Origin: Catajapyx aquilonaris
Lineage: Eukaryota
Length of the DNA: 64,000 nucleotides
Direction of reading: 5' to 3'
Assembly: GCA_000934665.2 (NCBI GenBank)
Contig: KZ538006.1
Location: 1-64,000 of the forward strand
The translations under genes and the position numbers were made by a program. Shown in pieces: positions 1 to 13,100 of this stretch (positions within the stretch are counted from its first letter, which is position 1; the number at the start of each line of letters is the position of its first letter). The notes beneath the pieces are model-generated. The model saw nothing but the letters and a program-made list of their open reading frames with translations. It was not told the origin of the DNA and did no database searches.

Positions 1-963
1 CCCCACACATTTCCAAACCGATGTTCCTCCGACCTTCTCCCTTCCTTCTCCTTCACCCTGTCAGCCGGGGTAATTAATCGTCCCCGTCATCAGCTTATTA
101 ATTGCTCCCCTCCATATTTCCTCCCATCCCCCCCACTTCACCTTCTCTTACTACTTCCTTTTCCCACCCAATACCTGCCGCCTCTATACCCGCTTTTATA
201 CTAATAATAATGAACGACTCCTCATTAGCATCATAGGGCACCGACCTTTTCCAACAATATGGAAACAATGGAAGTGGAAGGATTATTTCATTCCGGCTCC
301 TGCTTGATGAGCCTCAGAGGCAGCAGGTTTAAATGTATTTAGTTTCTGGGCTGATCATCCCCCCTTTTGAGAAATTTGCACAAAAAATTGGCTAGGGCCA
401 GACTCACCCCCCTATAGTCGGGGTTATTTGCAGGCTTTAAATCGATCAGGCGAAACGTAGGGAGATGGATGCAGGGGTGATTTTGTATGCAGGGGTGGTT
501 TGTGGGTCCGGGAATCAATTGGCCATTGGCGTGTGCCTTTCGCATCCACTCGAGTGCGCCGCCTAATGGGATGCCACTTTTCATTACGTCATAGTCATTC
601 CTTGTGTTGCTGGGGGCCACGGGGCGAAAGGCCTTTTGTTCAACGGAGAGGGAGCTGGGAACACCAAACTTTCTTCGTTCCGGTGCTGCCTCCTTGGCTC
701 TTACTCAAAAAAAAAGAAGAAAGAAAGATGGAAAAGAAGCAGCTCCAAGTCTGCAAACATGTGGGTAAAGGTATATGCGCACTAGAATGATAAAATGATG
801 TCGATGGAACTGGAGCAATTATTTGCATACGTGCCAATAATGCTCGTACCAGCAAGACCTAATATTTGTGTGAAAGCAGACGAAATCTTCGACCTCGATG
901 ATTTCGCAAAAATCTTTTTCTCCTAACAGGTTTATTCTCTCTGCCGGATGTTTGTCCAACCTG

Positions 964-1123
964 GAGCCGTATACTCATCAAGGTCACTCGCAATCGACAG
1001 AGTCGATTGACGTCAAAATGACGTCGCCAATGATGACCAGAGCAGGGCGAGGAGAATTGGCGACGTCATTTTGACGTCAATCGACTTTGTCGATTGCGAG
1101 TGACCTTGATGAGTATACGGCTC
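964..1123. mobile_element. Fold-back MITE (160 bp) with 68-bp terminal inverted repeats and a CTG target-site duplication, PIF/Harbinger-like
   Basis: Arms 964-1031 and 1056-1123 are reverse complements with one mismatch, around a 24-bp spacer. Termini are GAGCC...GGCTC, flanked by CTG at 961-963 and 1124-1126. There is no coding capacity. Confidence 0.85.
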
Positions 1124-4100
1124 CTGATAGTATCGCTATCACTCGCACGACCTGAGTGTGGCTTGAGGGAGTGTACGCCATCTATGAGCGAAGAAAATAG
1201 GTAAATCTCATTAAAGTCGTTTGATTGTCACTGTGTCATGCTGATTATATGCAATGGGTTCACTAGTCAGTAAAGTTCATATTGTGTCCAAACGATTCGC
1301 AACGTAGTAAATGAACACCAGATGCATCGTAAGCTGGAAAAATTAATAAACTCCCTGCAAAAGTTTAGAGCTCTTTCTAGAAGCATCAGCTCAAAAATAT
1401 TCAACTACTTCCAGTACTTTTCCATGATTTGCTTCATAAACAAGGCTTTAATTCCTCATTACCAACTCTCTCTCTCCTTCCCATCCACCCTCCCAGCTTT
1501 TCTCTCTTCCTCACAGTTAAGTCTCTGGAATTAACCTAAACATTGTCCTGCTCAGCGCCCGGGACATTTGACACGCTTCTCATTGTAATCGCTTAATTCC
1601 AGCGTGCAGAAAGTTCGCCATCTGTGCGTGGCGCCACATGGGGTTGAAACTAATTTGGACATCCCTCAGAGGCCTGAATCTGAGCAAAGTCTACCCCCCC
1701 TTTTCCTCTCTAAAATTTCTCTGTCAGTTAACCCCCCCCCCCCCTTTCCCCTGTCTCCAAGCCGTGTTTCGTTGCAATGCGCTGAGTAGGGGGACAACAT
1801 GACGCTCCTCATAGCAGCGCCCTCATAGCCCCCGGTTTCTGTTGACTTTTTCCACGGGGACTAAATGCACAGTAAACCCGCATCGGAGGGAAACGAGCGG
1901 AGACGGAAGGAAAATCTCCGAGCAACATGGCAGTCGACCCGCATCCATCTCTTCTAAACCGCTGTCGGTCCTGCTCAAGATGATGAGATGGGGTTGACAC
2001 AGACATGAAGTCCAACATGGGGCCGGATTTCACGTTATATACACCTTCATGTACAGGGCACACGACAGTGTACGGAAAAGGTGGCTGCGCTTCAACGAGC
2101 TTGGTGCAGTTTTTTTTTCCTAAAATTTTTTGGCGGGGGACTAAAATTACTAAATCCATTGTTGAAACGTGTTATTTCATGCTAACTGGTTCGGAAATGA
2201 ACGATGATCGTCGGGTGCAGGCAAAAAATTGGGGGCAAGTAAGGTAACCCTGGAACCGTTGCCTGTGAGAGATAGCGTTACCAAGGATTTGTTGGGGGGA
2301 TTGGATAGAACCAGGCCCAAAATCATGGATTTTCAAATCCTCTTTAAGCACCAACATGCAGGGTATTTTTTGGGGGGGAAAGGGATACGTTGTGTAACCC
2401 ATGTACACAAAAATAATTGTTGTGCAGTTCTCTATTGATCATCGTTATCCCTACACCGTTCAGATTATGAACTGAGTCAATTGACATCAAAGGCTAACTT
2501 TTTTTGGCCTAAATGCATTCAAAATTAATACCCCTAGGTTTGGACAGAAATGGCGTCCTGTTTTTGCATAAGTGGCTTACGCACTCGACGACAATTAATT
2601 TATTGCAAATTTTACCGCAACCGGGGTTTTCATCTGGAATACCAGACCAGCACTGTAATAGAGAGCTGTACGTGTAGGTGTCAAATATTACAGCTAGTAA
2701 ATAGTTACAATAGTACATTTATGGGGAATTATAATGGGAGTGACGTGTACAGTACGAATTACCTCTGACCAAAATTTGTGCATTGCATTGCGTCCATATT
2801 TACAAATTAATTCCTCCAAAAATTTCTGCTGGATTATTATTATTTTAAATTGGACACAACAGCATTAATAGAGCAATGAACCTTATCCACATTTTTCTGA
2901 AGCCCTGAAAACGTGCAGAATTCGCCATGGATTTCGCAACTCCCAAACCCTCACCTGCTCTTTGAAATTTCATCCTAAAAAAGTTGGAGAAGAACAAGAG
3001 TACCCTCCGTCTCCCACCCAAAGTCTTGCTCGTTGTATCTGGAAATTTTGAAGCCTTTTCCCCCCACTCCAGAGTCCAGCAGCATATAAGGGCCAGGCAG
3101 GGCAGGGCAGTGGTCGAATTGAATCCGGGGCCGATCCATCACTGCCACTGGTGGAAGGAGAACCCTTGGTCTCCGGGATCGCCTGGGTCGCACCGAGGCT
3201 ATATGATGTGGCCCATGGCTCTCTCTGGCTTGCCTTTTGCTTCGAAGTCACCCGGCACCAAAGTCCGATTCATCCATTACGGTTAGTTGCCACGTCGACT
3301 GCGATGTTTCTTTACACGGAGACACGACTCCGAACGGAGATTTAGACACTCACAACCTGCTGGCCGGCTAGGGACTTAGCCGATACTACTCCGCTGGCTG
3401 GAAATGGGACGTTGAAAGTGTGGACAGATATTTTGGTACAGCATGTAGCTTTGGCTTTCCTAAAACACTGGAAACATCGGATTTCTCTCCATTATCCGAA
3501 ATAACAGGAGCTGGTAATAACCTCAATCTGGGAAAAGCACATATACTAATCATGAGGAAACTTTGAGTAAGGCGCATGAAATGTTTCTTTGTATGCCTCT
3601 GATCACAGCTTCACAGGATTCACCTCAGATCCTAACTTTGTGGCAATTTCACTGAAGGGTGATGAAAGTATCTGGCATTAAAATCAACACTGAAGCCTCC
3701 AGGGTGGGCTAATTATTAGTCATATCCTTAAATTGACGACGTGCTGGATACGAGATCTTCCAGCCCCCTTCTCGGGTCGTTAATTTTCTGTTGTGCTCAA
3801 TTAGTACCAAATCACCGAACCGATTCCTCCGCTTTATTGTTCCTGAGGAGGAGACCCCAAGTGGCCCGGATGGCGATAATGATGCAATCATAGTTGCCTT
3901 ATTGATCTCTTAAAATCGTTGATGAGGGGCAATATGGGGAGGAGGGGAGAGTGTTCCAAAGGCAGCAAGCGTGACCTTATCCATTGCTTCAGTTTTTGAT
4001 GACATCATTTTCTGCGCTGGTGGAGACTCCGCCTTAGGGTGATTGGTGGCGCATGATTCACCCTGTGCCACCACCTTGAACCTTATATTTTGCCCAAAAT

Positions 4101-7100
4101 TCCCCGTGATATTATTGGGCTAAAAAAACCTCATTAACAATATTGAAGCGTAGTAAGGGTAACGTCCTAATTCGTGTCTACGACACCAAAATTGCGGAAA
4201 GGTGCGGGCGAAAAAATATGCTCATAAGCACATCATTAACTGCAAGTTTTACGAGCGGCACTAGAGGCGTACTTTTTAAACGCTCCACCTGATTCTCGCT
4301 GTCGCCTATTCGACTAGACTATTACTTAGAGCAAATGTAGCTCATCAGCTAGAGCAGCTACTAAAACCAGCAGTTTTGTTTCCTCCTTTCCATCTGCAGT
4401 AGCGTGCCATAAATGGTAGGGCCCCTATAGCTCCTGCAATTTGAACCCGGCGTCATATTAGTACCACGCATTTTCATTGCTCGTTGTTTGTTTCGCTCAA
4501 CACTACCGGAGTGTAATGATTCAGATGGAGATCATATGTCGGCGATATATTTCATGCCACCAGCCATTCGTCGTTTGTTCGCACTATAGCTATAGAATTC
4601 AACTAATTTTGAAACCCTGTAACTTACTTAGCGTATACTATCCAAAACTGCTCTTGAATCCAACAGTTAGCCCACGGGCTAACAAACTTGAACTAAAGTT
4701 TACACCTGTACCGGAAACTTAATCCAGCCTCAATTTGCATCCCAGCGTGACCTTTCCTTCATCCAGCCGACCTCATCCAAAACTAGCAACTTGCGGGGTT
4801 CGTGAACGTTCCGCCATGAAGTCTCATCCAGCTGACGTCACATTTGTATCCGCCCCACCCACACACCCAAATCAGTGCAGATAAGCGTGAAAGTGATACC
4901 GTTGTGACCTGAAGATTCCTTGTCCTCTTCATGCGATACAGGTGAGCTCCAAATATGCTGCTGTATGGAGCTAATAAGAGAGAGAGGCCTTTCTCGTATG
5001 AATGTACGAGTATAGAGTTCGGAGCTTAAGTGGATGAGAATGTAGTGAGGCGTGTAGGGCTATGCGACCGTCTGCCTCTGTGTGATGCTGTGCACAGCCC
5101 AGTATACTGCGGGACGGGCATGTTTTAAAGGGGGAAGGATGCGGGTTAAAGAGAATGGAGGCCACCATTGTGGTCTGGGCAGGTAAGCGTGGTGACAGCA
5201 GCTAATGAAAGGCCCATTGTCAATTAAAACAAGTCCGCACAAAGTAGTGGCAGCTGTGGTGCAAGATGGGTCACTCACGTTTTTTGTCTGGCTACGCCCT
5301 CTATAATTATGTGTATACAGGATGGTAGCCAGATTGTTCACCCAAGCAACCAGCAGCAAGCAAAATATACTGGTCGCACCTGAGAGCATTAAATGGTCAT
5401 AATTGCGTGTCAGAACAGTGTTTATTGCAATCACATCGTTTTTGCAAGGGTCGATTTGTAAATAAACCGTGGACTAGCTGTACTAGCAATTAATAATGCC
5501 AGATTTACTTCTCTCTGTCGGGCATGTCAAGGCCGTCAACTGCCAATAACCGAGCGAGTAACAACGAATTGATGATCTATGCCCGTACTATTCAGTATAT
5601 GAACGTAAAACTGCGAGTGTTATGGCAACATTTAATTGCATCATAATCACGTGACAAAACGCTGGGAACATTATTTTCACACCACGCGCGGAATTTATTA
5701 TTTAATCAGATATGTCACCCGAGTTGAACAACCGGCGAACGACCTTGTCGAACCAGTACTGTATACATGTTACAGGAGTAAGCAGTAATCGTGTAGCTTA
5801 GAGTACTTTAAATAATTACTTTGCACTACAGTAATGCAAGCACCTTACAGAAACATTTTCCTAAGATATTGAACATATAGGTTACAACATTTCAGATTTA
5901 CATATAGGGTACTTGCAAGTAATTTTGTCGTTTGCATAACATTTATGCCTGCCCAGAGGTTAAATAATGAGCCTTGGTAGATTGAAGTATCTTTAAAATG
6001 CAATTTATTTCAGACACTTCAAATATATGTGGAATTTAAAATCCGACTGGGGGTGTATAAATGTGTCCAAAAATGATATACTGTACAACTTCCTATCAGC
6101 TAAAGATAACTTACGACTTCAGCTAAGGTGCAACGTAAGCACCCAATCCAAATCCTAAAACTCTTCATCAGCACAAATAAGCAGACCGAGGAGGTTAACT
6201 TTTCCAAACACCCTGTATCATCGCCGTTTGAGCCAGCTCCAAAAAAAAAAAAAAAAAAAGATGTCAAGTCATGAATTCTAGGCAATCGTCAAACTAAGCC
6301 CATCAGTCAGAGAAATCCTTCTCCCTGGAACCTCCCGATAAGTCTGACCATTGAGTGGATTGGCAAGTTATCAATCGTGTAGACCTCTCCATTCCGCCAT
6401 AGAACCCTAATCCAAATCCCCTCCCAGCATTGGCCCTTCAGTGACTGAAAATGGCCTGCCTGACTGCCGACTACTGGTGCCTTCCTTCCAACAACCCATG
6501 CCTTGCTATACCCCCGGCTTCCCTGATAATTCAAGAGAACTCCCAGAGGAAATTCTTTCCGAGGAAGGGAGCAAATTCCTTGCCAATCAGTCAGCATTCG
6601 TCAGGGAACTTTTCTTTGCGTTGGAGGGGGAAAAAAAAAGAAAGAGCTGGAAGAAGGCCCTGAGATACGGTATAAAGATAATGAAAAATTCGGGAGTCAA
6701 GGCAACACAAATCGGTTTATCTATAAATGGGAGGAAAAGCAAAAAATTGAAGCAACGGAAGCGGGTGTCGCCATCTGCACTTTGGTTGGAGAATCAGGTC
6801 CTGGCTATGGATCGGAATTGCAGATTTGCTCTAATTTATTACGCCATGTTGATAACAGTATACTGAAACAACAGCTTGTGGCTATAGTAAACCTTCAGCT
6901 ACTTCAATATTAATTTCGCATACTAAATTTAGTGCACTGTTTTTATCATAATAAAAAATACATCATCTCGTCAACAGTTTCAATGCAAATCCAAAGCGAC
7001 AATAATTATTCAAGATAGATAATTTTTTTTCGTTTGACTGTGTACTGTTACAGGCCGAACAATATTATTGAGTGTAACCACAGACGCATGCTACAAGTCG

Positions 7101-10100
7101 TCATGTAGTAAAACCGGTATCGCATTATCTACACATTTTTGATGCGCTGAAAACAGCTGTAAAGCAATTCAGGTGGGACGTATACCGACTCATTTTCCCA
7201 TAGCCCCGCAATCGCACATTTTTAAATTTCACTACACACTGTCCCCCTCCCATCACTATAGGTTCATGGATATTCAGCATCACGCACATAACCCCCACAG
7301 TCCTCTAGTGGACCGCATGCAATTCCACTCTCCCAAAAAAAGGGGGGGAGAGATGCCCCCCATGACAGTATTTTCCAAATCGACTGATTTTGCGGCGGAA
7401 TGCAAAGAAATTAAACTCGATCCCCCACTCGGGTATCCCAGTGGTTCACTTCATCAAGAACCTCCCTCCCACAAAAACCTCCAGGGAATAGTCATCCAAA
7501 ATGGACATTTAAAACCGGAAACCTCCCTTGCCGTTATGGCACTAAAGCCCCCCATCATATCCCTGATGAAAAATTATGGTTAATGGAATCCGAAGGTATC
7601 GGGAGGTTACATCAGATGGATTTAGATGGGTAGTTTTTTTCACATTGACAAATGGCACCTAAACGCCGTTTTTTCAGTCATGCGATATATGTCGTCGATG
7701 TTCGATTTTTTTTGGTATTCACACTCTGGCTAAAACTGGTCAATAAATAAAGATGCATTACAATACAGTCTAATGCTTTCAACGGGTGCAGATTCACAAT
7801 AGAAACAAAGCGCAGGTAAGCAATGCAGTATCCATATCAGACGGCGTTTGTGTGTGTTCTCCACGTCATCAATATTAATGTCAATCGATATCATAACCCA
7901 ACCCAACTTTTGCATATATGCAACCTAGTCTGTCAGACTACAAGCGGAAGCGGGACTTTGGCGCGATCCATATTAAATTGTCTGCGTATTTTTGCAACAA
8001 AGCTTCCGATTCTAACCCACTTTCCATTTTTAATACTTCCTGCATATACCTATATTGTACCCAGTATGACCCAATATGTAAAAGAGTGTTGTCCTTAGCA
8101 AAAAAAAAGCCGTAAGTGCAATGTGTGATAAGGCAGTCTTTTATGACCTGACCTGCAATTACTGTCAGTGTCAACAACTGCTCTCGGCAGTATATCGAAA
8201 GGGGTGGATCATCGTTGTGCGAGGAAAAAGAACGAAAGCATCTTTACGTGGCAAGAGATACAGGCGAAGAACAATTGCTGGCTGAAATGGTGGGAAATAT
8301 TGTCTTTCGGGATGGGCCGTGGCGGCACTTAAGTGTCCGCTCGGAGGAGGTCATGCATTTTAAACGCGCCATTGCCATGCAGTTTTCGTCCCTTTCTTCC
8401 ACTGCTCTCCCAAAAGTGGAGGATACAACTATATTTTTTCCCCCTCCAGGCAAGGGCCAATAGAACTAGCTCCAAAAAAAGGTAAGTTTGTGAACACCAC
8501 ACGGCCGCAGACTCGACTTTTTAAAAATATTTCTGTCCCACATTAATAAGCCCGCAAAAGAAACCATTACCAGCTCCATTAAAAACGTAACATGAGCCAT
8601 ATCTCTCTGCTTATCGAACTTACCAACAGCCCCGGACTAATGGTGATGAATCCACTCAGTCACTGGAAGCTGCGGAATTGCAAAAAAAAAAAACTACCTA
8701 AAAGCGCATACGGTTTGTGGAAAAAAGTGACACTGACCTAACGAGCCGGAATGGAAAATCCTCCTGGTCCTAGGTTTTACTGCCAGTTTTAACCCTCCCA
8801 AAAACGCAGGACTCATCATTATTTCCAATTCCGAGCTCATCGTCATTCCGCATCGGACTCCAGGCCCTCGATATAAATAATAATAAATATATTCGGACGG
8901 TGTTTGCATTGCATTTGAAAACGGTTCATTTCGACCCATTTTGCGGGATTGGCTGTGTTTACTCCACGTCGGGCCTGCGTCAATCGTGTTTGTACAAAAT
9001 GAGCCGCTCTGTATTGTTGCCCGCCACTGTTCGCTCGTCACGGCTTGGATTTAATGGCCAGACTATTTTTTGGGGGGTGGGTGTTCTGTCTATGTACCGA
9101 CCCCGACTATCACTATACGAACTGTGTGGGGGGGACACATCCAGACTCATTTTTATGTCGGATATGCGGCCTCGCTCCGGATATGGGTGGGAGGAAAAAT
9201 GGGGGAAGATAAATACTGTAAATTTTAAAGAGGAACGTGGGAAAAAAAGGGGCCAGACAAATCTTTATGATGGGAGTGAATTATGGGTATGGCACTATGT
9301 ATGCTGAATAGCTTTTTGAAACGTACTGAGTTCGTTTCAGTTGCTGATAATTCAATATTAAATCTCAAAAAAATGTCGATATACCGTACCCTCTGCAACA
9401 TGTTTTTAATTACAGTAGCAAAAAACTCTAAGGACTATAATTATAATAAAATGCTGTTGAAAATACGGAGATGTACATTAAAAGCATATAAAAAGTAGAG
9501 ATACTGTACAAAGTAGGTTGCTGCACAGAGGCAAATGTGTATGTAGCAGGTTGATGAACTTGCAAGTGTAAAAAGAATCGCTAATTTTAATTACATGCTA
9601 ACTAAACCAATTTGTTTACATATGCAACTCTGACAGCAAAGATCATTATGCAACAGGTAAAAAACCATCGTACGACATGTCAGTTAGGGCATCTGCACAT
9701 GTACAGTACAGTACATTTCACCAGTAAAATTATAAGAATCAGTAACAAAACGACAATACTCTTGCAGTGTGGCTTTTTTTCTTCACAAAAATGAACTACG
9801 TGTGTGTCAATTTTCCATGATTTAAAGCAGCATAAATGAGAGTCGAGGTACTGCGCAGATAATGGCGGTGACAACAGCCTGGCGAGGTATTATTTGGGGG
9901 GAAGCACATTGTCTTTTGCCATTATGACCCTCGTAACGAGTGATCAGCTTTAACAAATTTTTAAAGGGCACATTCAGCACCCTATGCCAATAACTATTCC
10001 ACTGATTGAAATGGCCAATTCATTACCGGCCGTCCTAAAACTTGAAACGTTTGAACAAATCAGTGGAGCGCAGCATTTTCCCCGAGCTATTCAAAATTTC

Positions 10101-13100
10101 AGATTTAAATTCCAGTATTAGTGGCGAGTACCGAGGCTGATAAAAGATAAGTACATTACCATAATTGTAGAGTAAGTACAGAAATATGAATGCCAATCTG
10201 TCTCTGTCTAAAAGAAAACCCAATTAATATGCAAATGACTTTGTCCACCCCCCTCCTCTCCCGTGAGAATCGCATTGAAAATTACTGAAATTTTTTTTAC
10301 ATACATCTCTCTTGGACTAGCAGGTAATTACCATCATGATAAGTTTCAGGATATGAATCTCTGTGCTTACACAGCCCTCTGGATAGTCTAAATCCAGTTT
10401 TTTTTCCCTCACAACTATTCTGCAGCCTTAAAAAAAATTGCGCCGAGGCCACAGCCGTTTCATGTTTGAGTCTGACGAATCCTACCTATAACCAAACCCA
10501 TCTACAGCAGGTGCCGTGAAAAAAGTGCGAGTACAAGCCGACCAAAATTCTTATATTCCATCCACCCAGCACAACCTTTTTTTTTTATTGGAGACCTTGC
10601 TTATACCTCGACCCATTAGGTCTGGCCCACATGTGTGGGTCATTGTAGCCTTCCTCACTGGCTGATGCTACGTGAGAGCCAAGAAGCTGGTTTCATTTGC
10701 ATGCGGGATGTGATGACACAGGAGCCCCTGAGATTTGGAGGCGTCTGCGCCTTTTGCATGCATAAGGATTCAGCACCAGCGACATTGTTTGACACTGATT
10801 CCACAGCCGGGGACTAACGCGACATTTTTGCCAAACACAGAGGTAGAAATCAAAACGCGGGGACAGAAAATTGATATTTCATTGCCGTTCCCTTTGGGGG
10901 CAAACTCGTTGGAGGTAATTTGACTTTTTTTTTTTTAAGCCAACTTCTGGCTTCCACCCCACCCCACCCATATATACACAAAAAATCATCGAATGGGAGG
11001 TTCGTTTAATTGGTGTCGATGCAGATGTGGTTTCCAACATGCTTTTGATTAAATCGGTTAAGTACAAAAGTGTGATATATGATGCCACATATTTTCGGAT
11101 CGGATATTGGTTTTGTGGTACTTTATGAACGGGCATGATTGGAAGATGAAGTTTTTTAAACTATTGGCATACCTGCATGTAAGCAGTAACTTCGTTTTGA
11201 AACACTGACACAGGCTTACCCTTTATCAAACTCTGCTGTAAAAGGCAGGCTTTTGTGAGCCTTGACTATCTTTCTGGAGGGTCAACCTCCATGTAATAGA
11301 AAAAGGGGGACAAAACGTATATTTAATGATACTGTACAAGCCTTATTTCCAATCATGGAGGTCGCTCTACCGCGAAATTCACCTCTTTGATCCCCTTGCA
11401 TGAGGGCAACCAGGATAGCCCCTCACACTTCCGGGGGTACCTTTCGAGAAAACGAAAAAAAAGGGGGAACCCAAATATCCTATCCAAGAAAAGTTTTTTC
11501 GCCCTTTTTTTTTGGAGTATGACCCAAGCCCCCTTTGGATCTAACGTCTTCGCATTATTTTCCCGAGGACAAAGTGATCCGAGCTCAAACTGAGGGAATT
11601 ACGTTTTCCCTCCCTTTCTCCATTTCACTTCCATCCTTTAAAATCATTCCGCCCCTGCGTCCATATCCAAAAGAGAGGAGGTACAGGACCTACAAAAACG
11701 TTCGTCCCCTTTGAAGCCAGTCGCATACATGATGTCCCATATAAATTATTTCGTGCATTACGTTTAGTGGAGTAATAATTGGACGAATATTGCATACAGT
11801 TTCTCCTAATGATATTTTAAACTGCAGTTAGCTCTTAACGGCCAGTTAAAGTGTTGGAAAAACCGAACAGTACTTTATGTGCACATTCCATGCACGTATG
11901 TTCATAAAACTGCACTACTTGCACTAGATGAATCTAAAGCACTGGAACTTGCGTTAATTAAAGAAGTAAAAAAGTCCCTTCTGACCCCGGGCGATTACGA
12001 AATTATCAATCTGAGCAGCCGTAAATCGGAGAATAGAGTGGTAGTTAGGGGGTGGTATGGAGGGTGGGGTGATTTCATTCCAGGAGGCGGAAGGGAGATT
12101 AAAGCGAGGCCAATGAGACGATGTCCGAGTACACACCACAGGGGCTTATAAGGCCGGCCGTTGCATTGAAGGAAGACAAAGGGTTGTCACCAGCGTTTCA
12201 CATCACATTAACGGACAGACCATCAAGCCTTTGGACACACAATGAAGCTCGCTGGAGGGTGGTGGGTGGCTGGGTGGGTGAGGAGGATATCAGCCCGGGG
12301 GTTTCATATAGTGGGTTGGTAATAAGGCTGCATTCTTAGGTCCATGTTCTCCTGGCCGGGCGCTGTCGTAAAAACGTCGTCAAGGGCTTCTTTTAAAAGC
12401 CGGCGACGCTCACGTTTATTACCTGCATCACGAATTGAGGGATGCGGGGGCCGGATAGGTGGGTGATGATGGGAGGAGGGGGTGGTTAGTGACGCCGATG
12501 AACCTTGCTGGTGGATCAACCTTTCATTTCGACAGAAATATTGAGATGCTCTTTTATGGGTCGCCGAAAGCGGGAGGAGAACCAGCTTCGTATGGGAAAG
12601 ACCACAGAGTTAAGTAGAACTTCATCAATAGTTAAGCCGCGAGTATCGTAAGGTAGGTCCTACTAAGGACAAAAATGTCTTATGAACAAGTGTCTTGCAC
12701 CTATTATTGGGTTTACGTGTACTGTATAAACTATCCCTATACTCGAAACACTCACAAGCTCCCATTTCAAAGACAGGGAGATAAAACGTTACAGTATCGA
12801 GCAAACTGGCATGGCTGCAACGTAAACTGTATCCACAACTTCTTTTATAATCCATTTACCGAGCACTTGTCAAGAGAAAGGGTATCCCCCAATCCAGGCT
12901 TCTAACGTCATCAACAGTGATACGGCCAACGTGCCAGTGGCTATGGTGCTTTAAAAATTTTCGAAATTAGTTCAGACCAGAAAATCATTCGCGCATCTCA
13001 GCTTTCGATCCATAAATGTACGATAATTACCGGTTGTTTACTGAGGAACCAACTATCAACTAATTGTTGTTTGTCTTTCAAAGAGTAGAATGCAGTAGCC

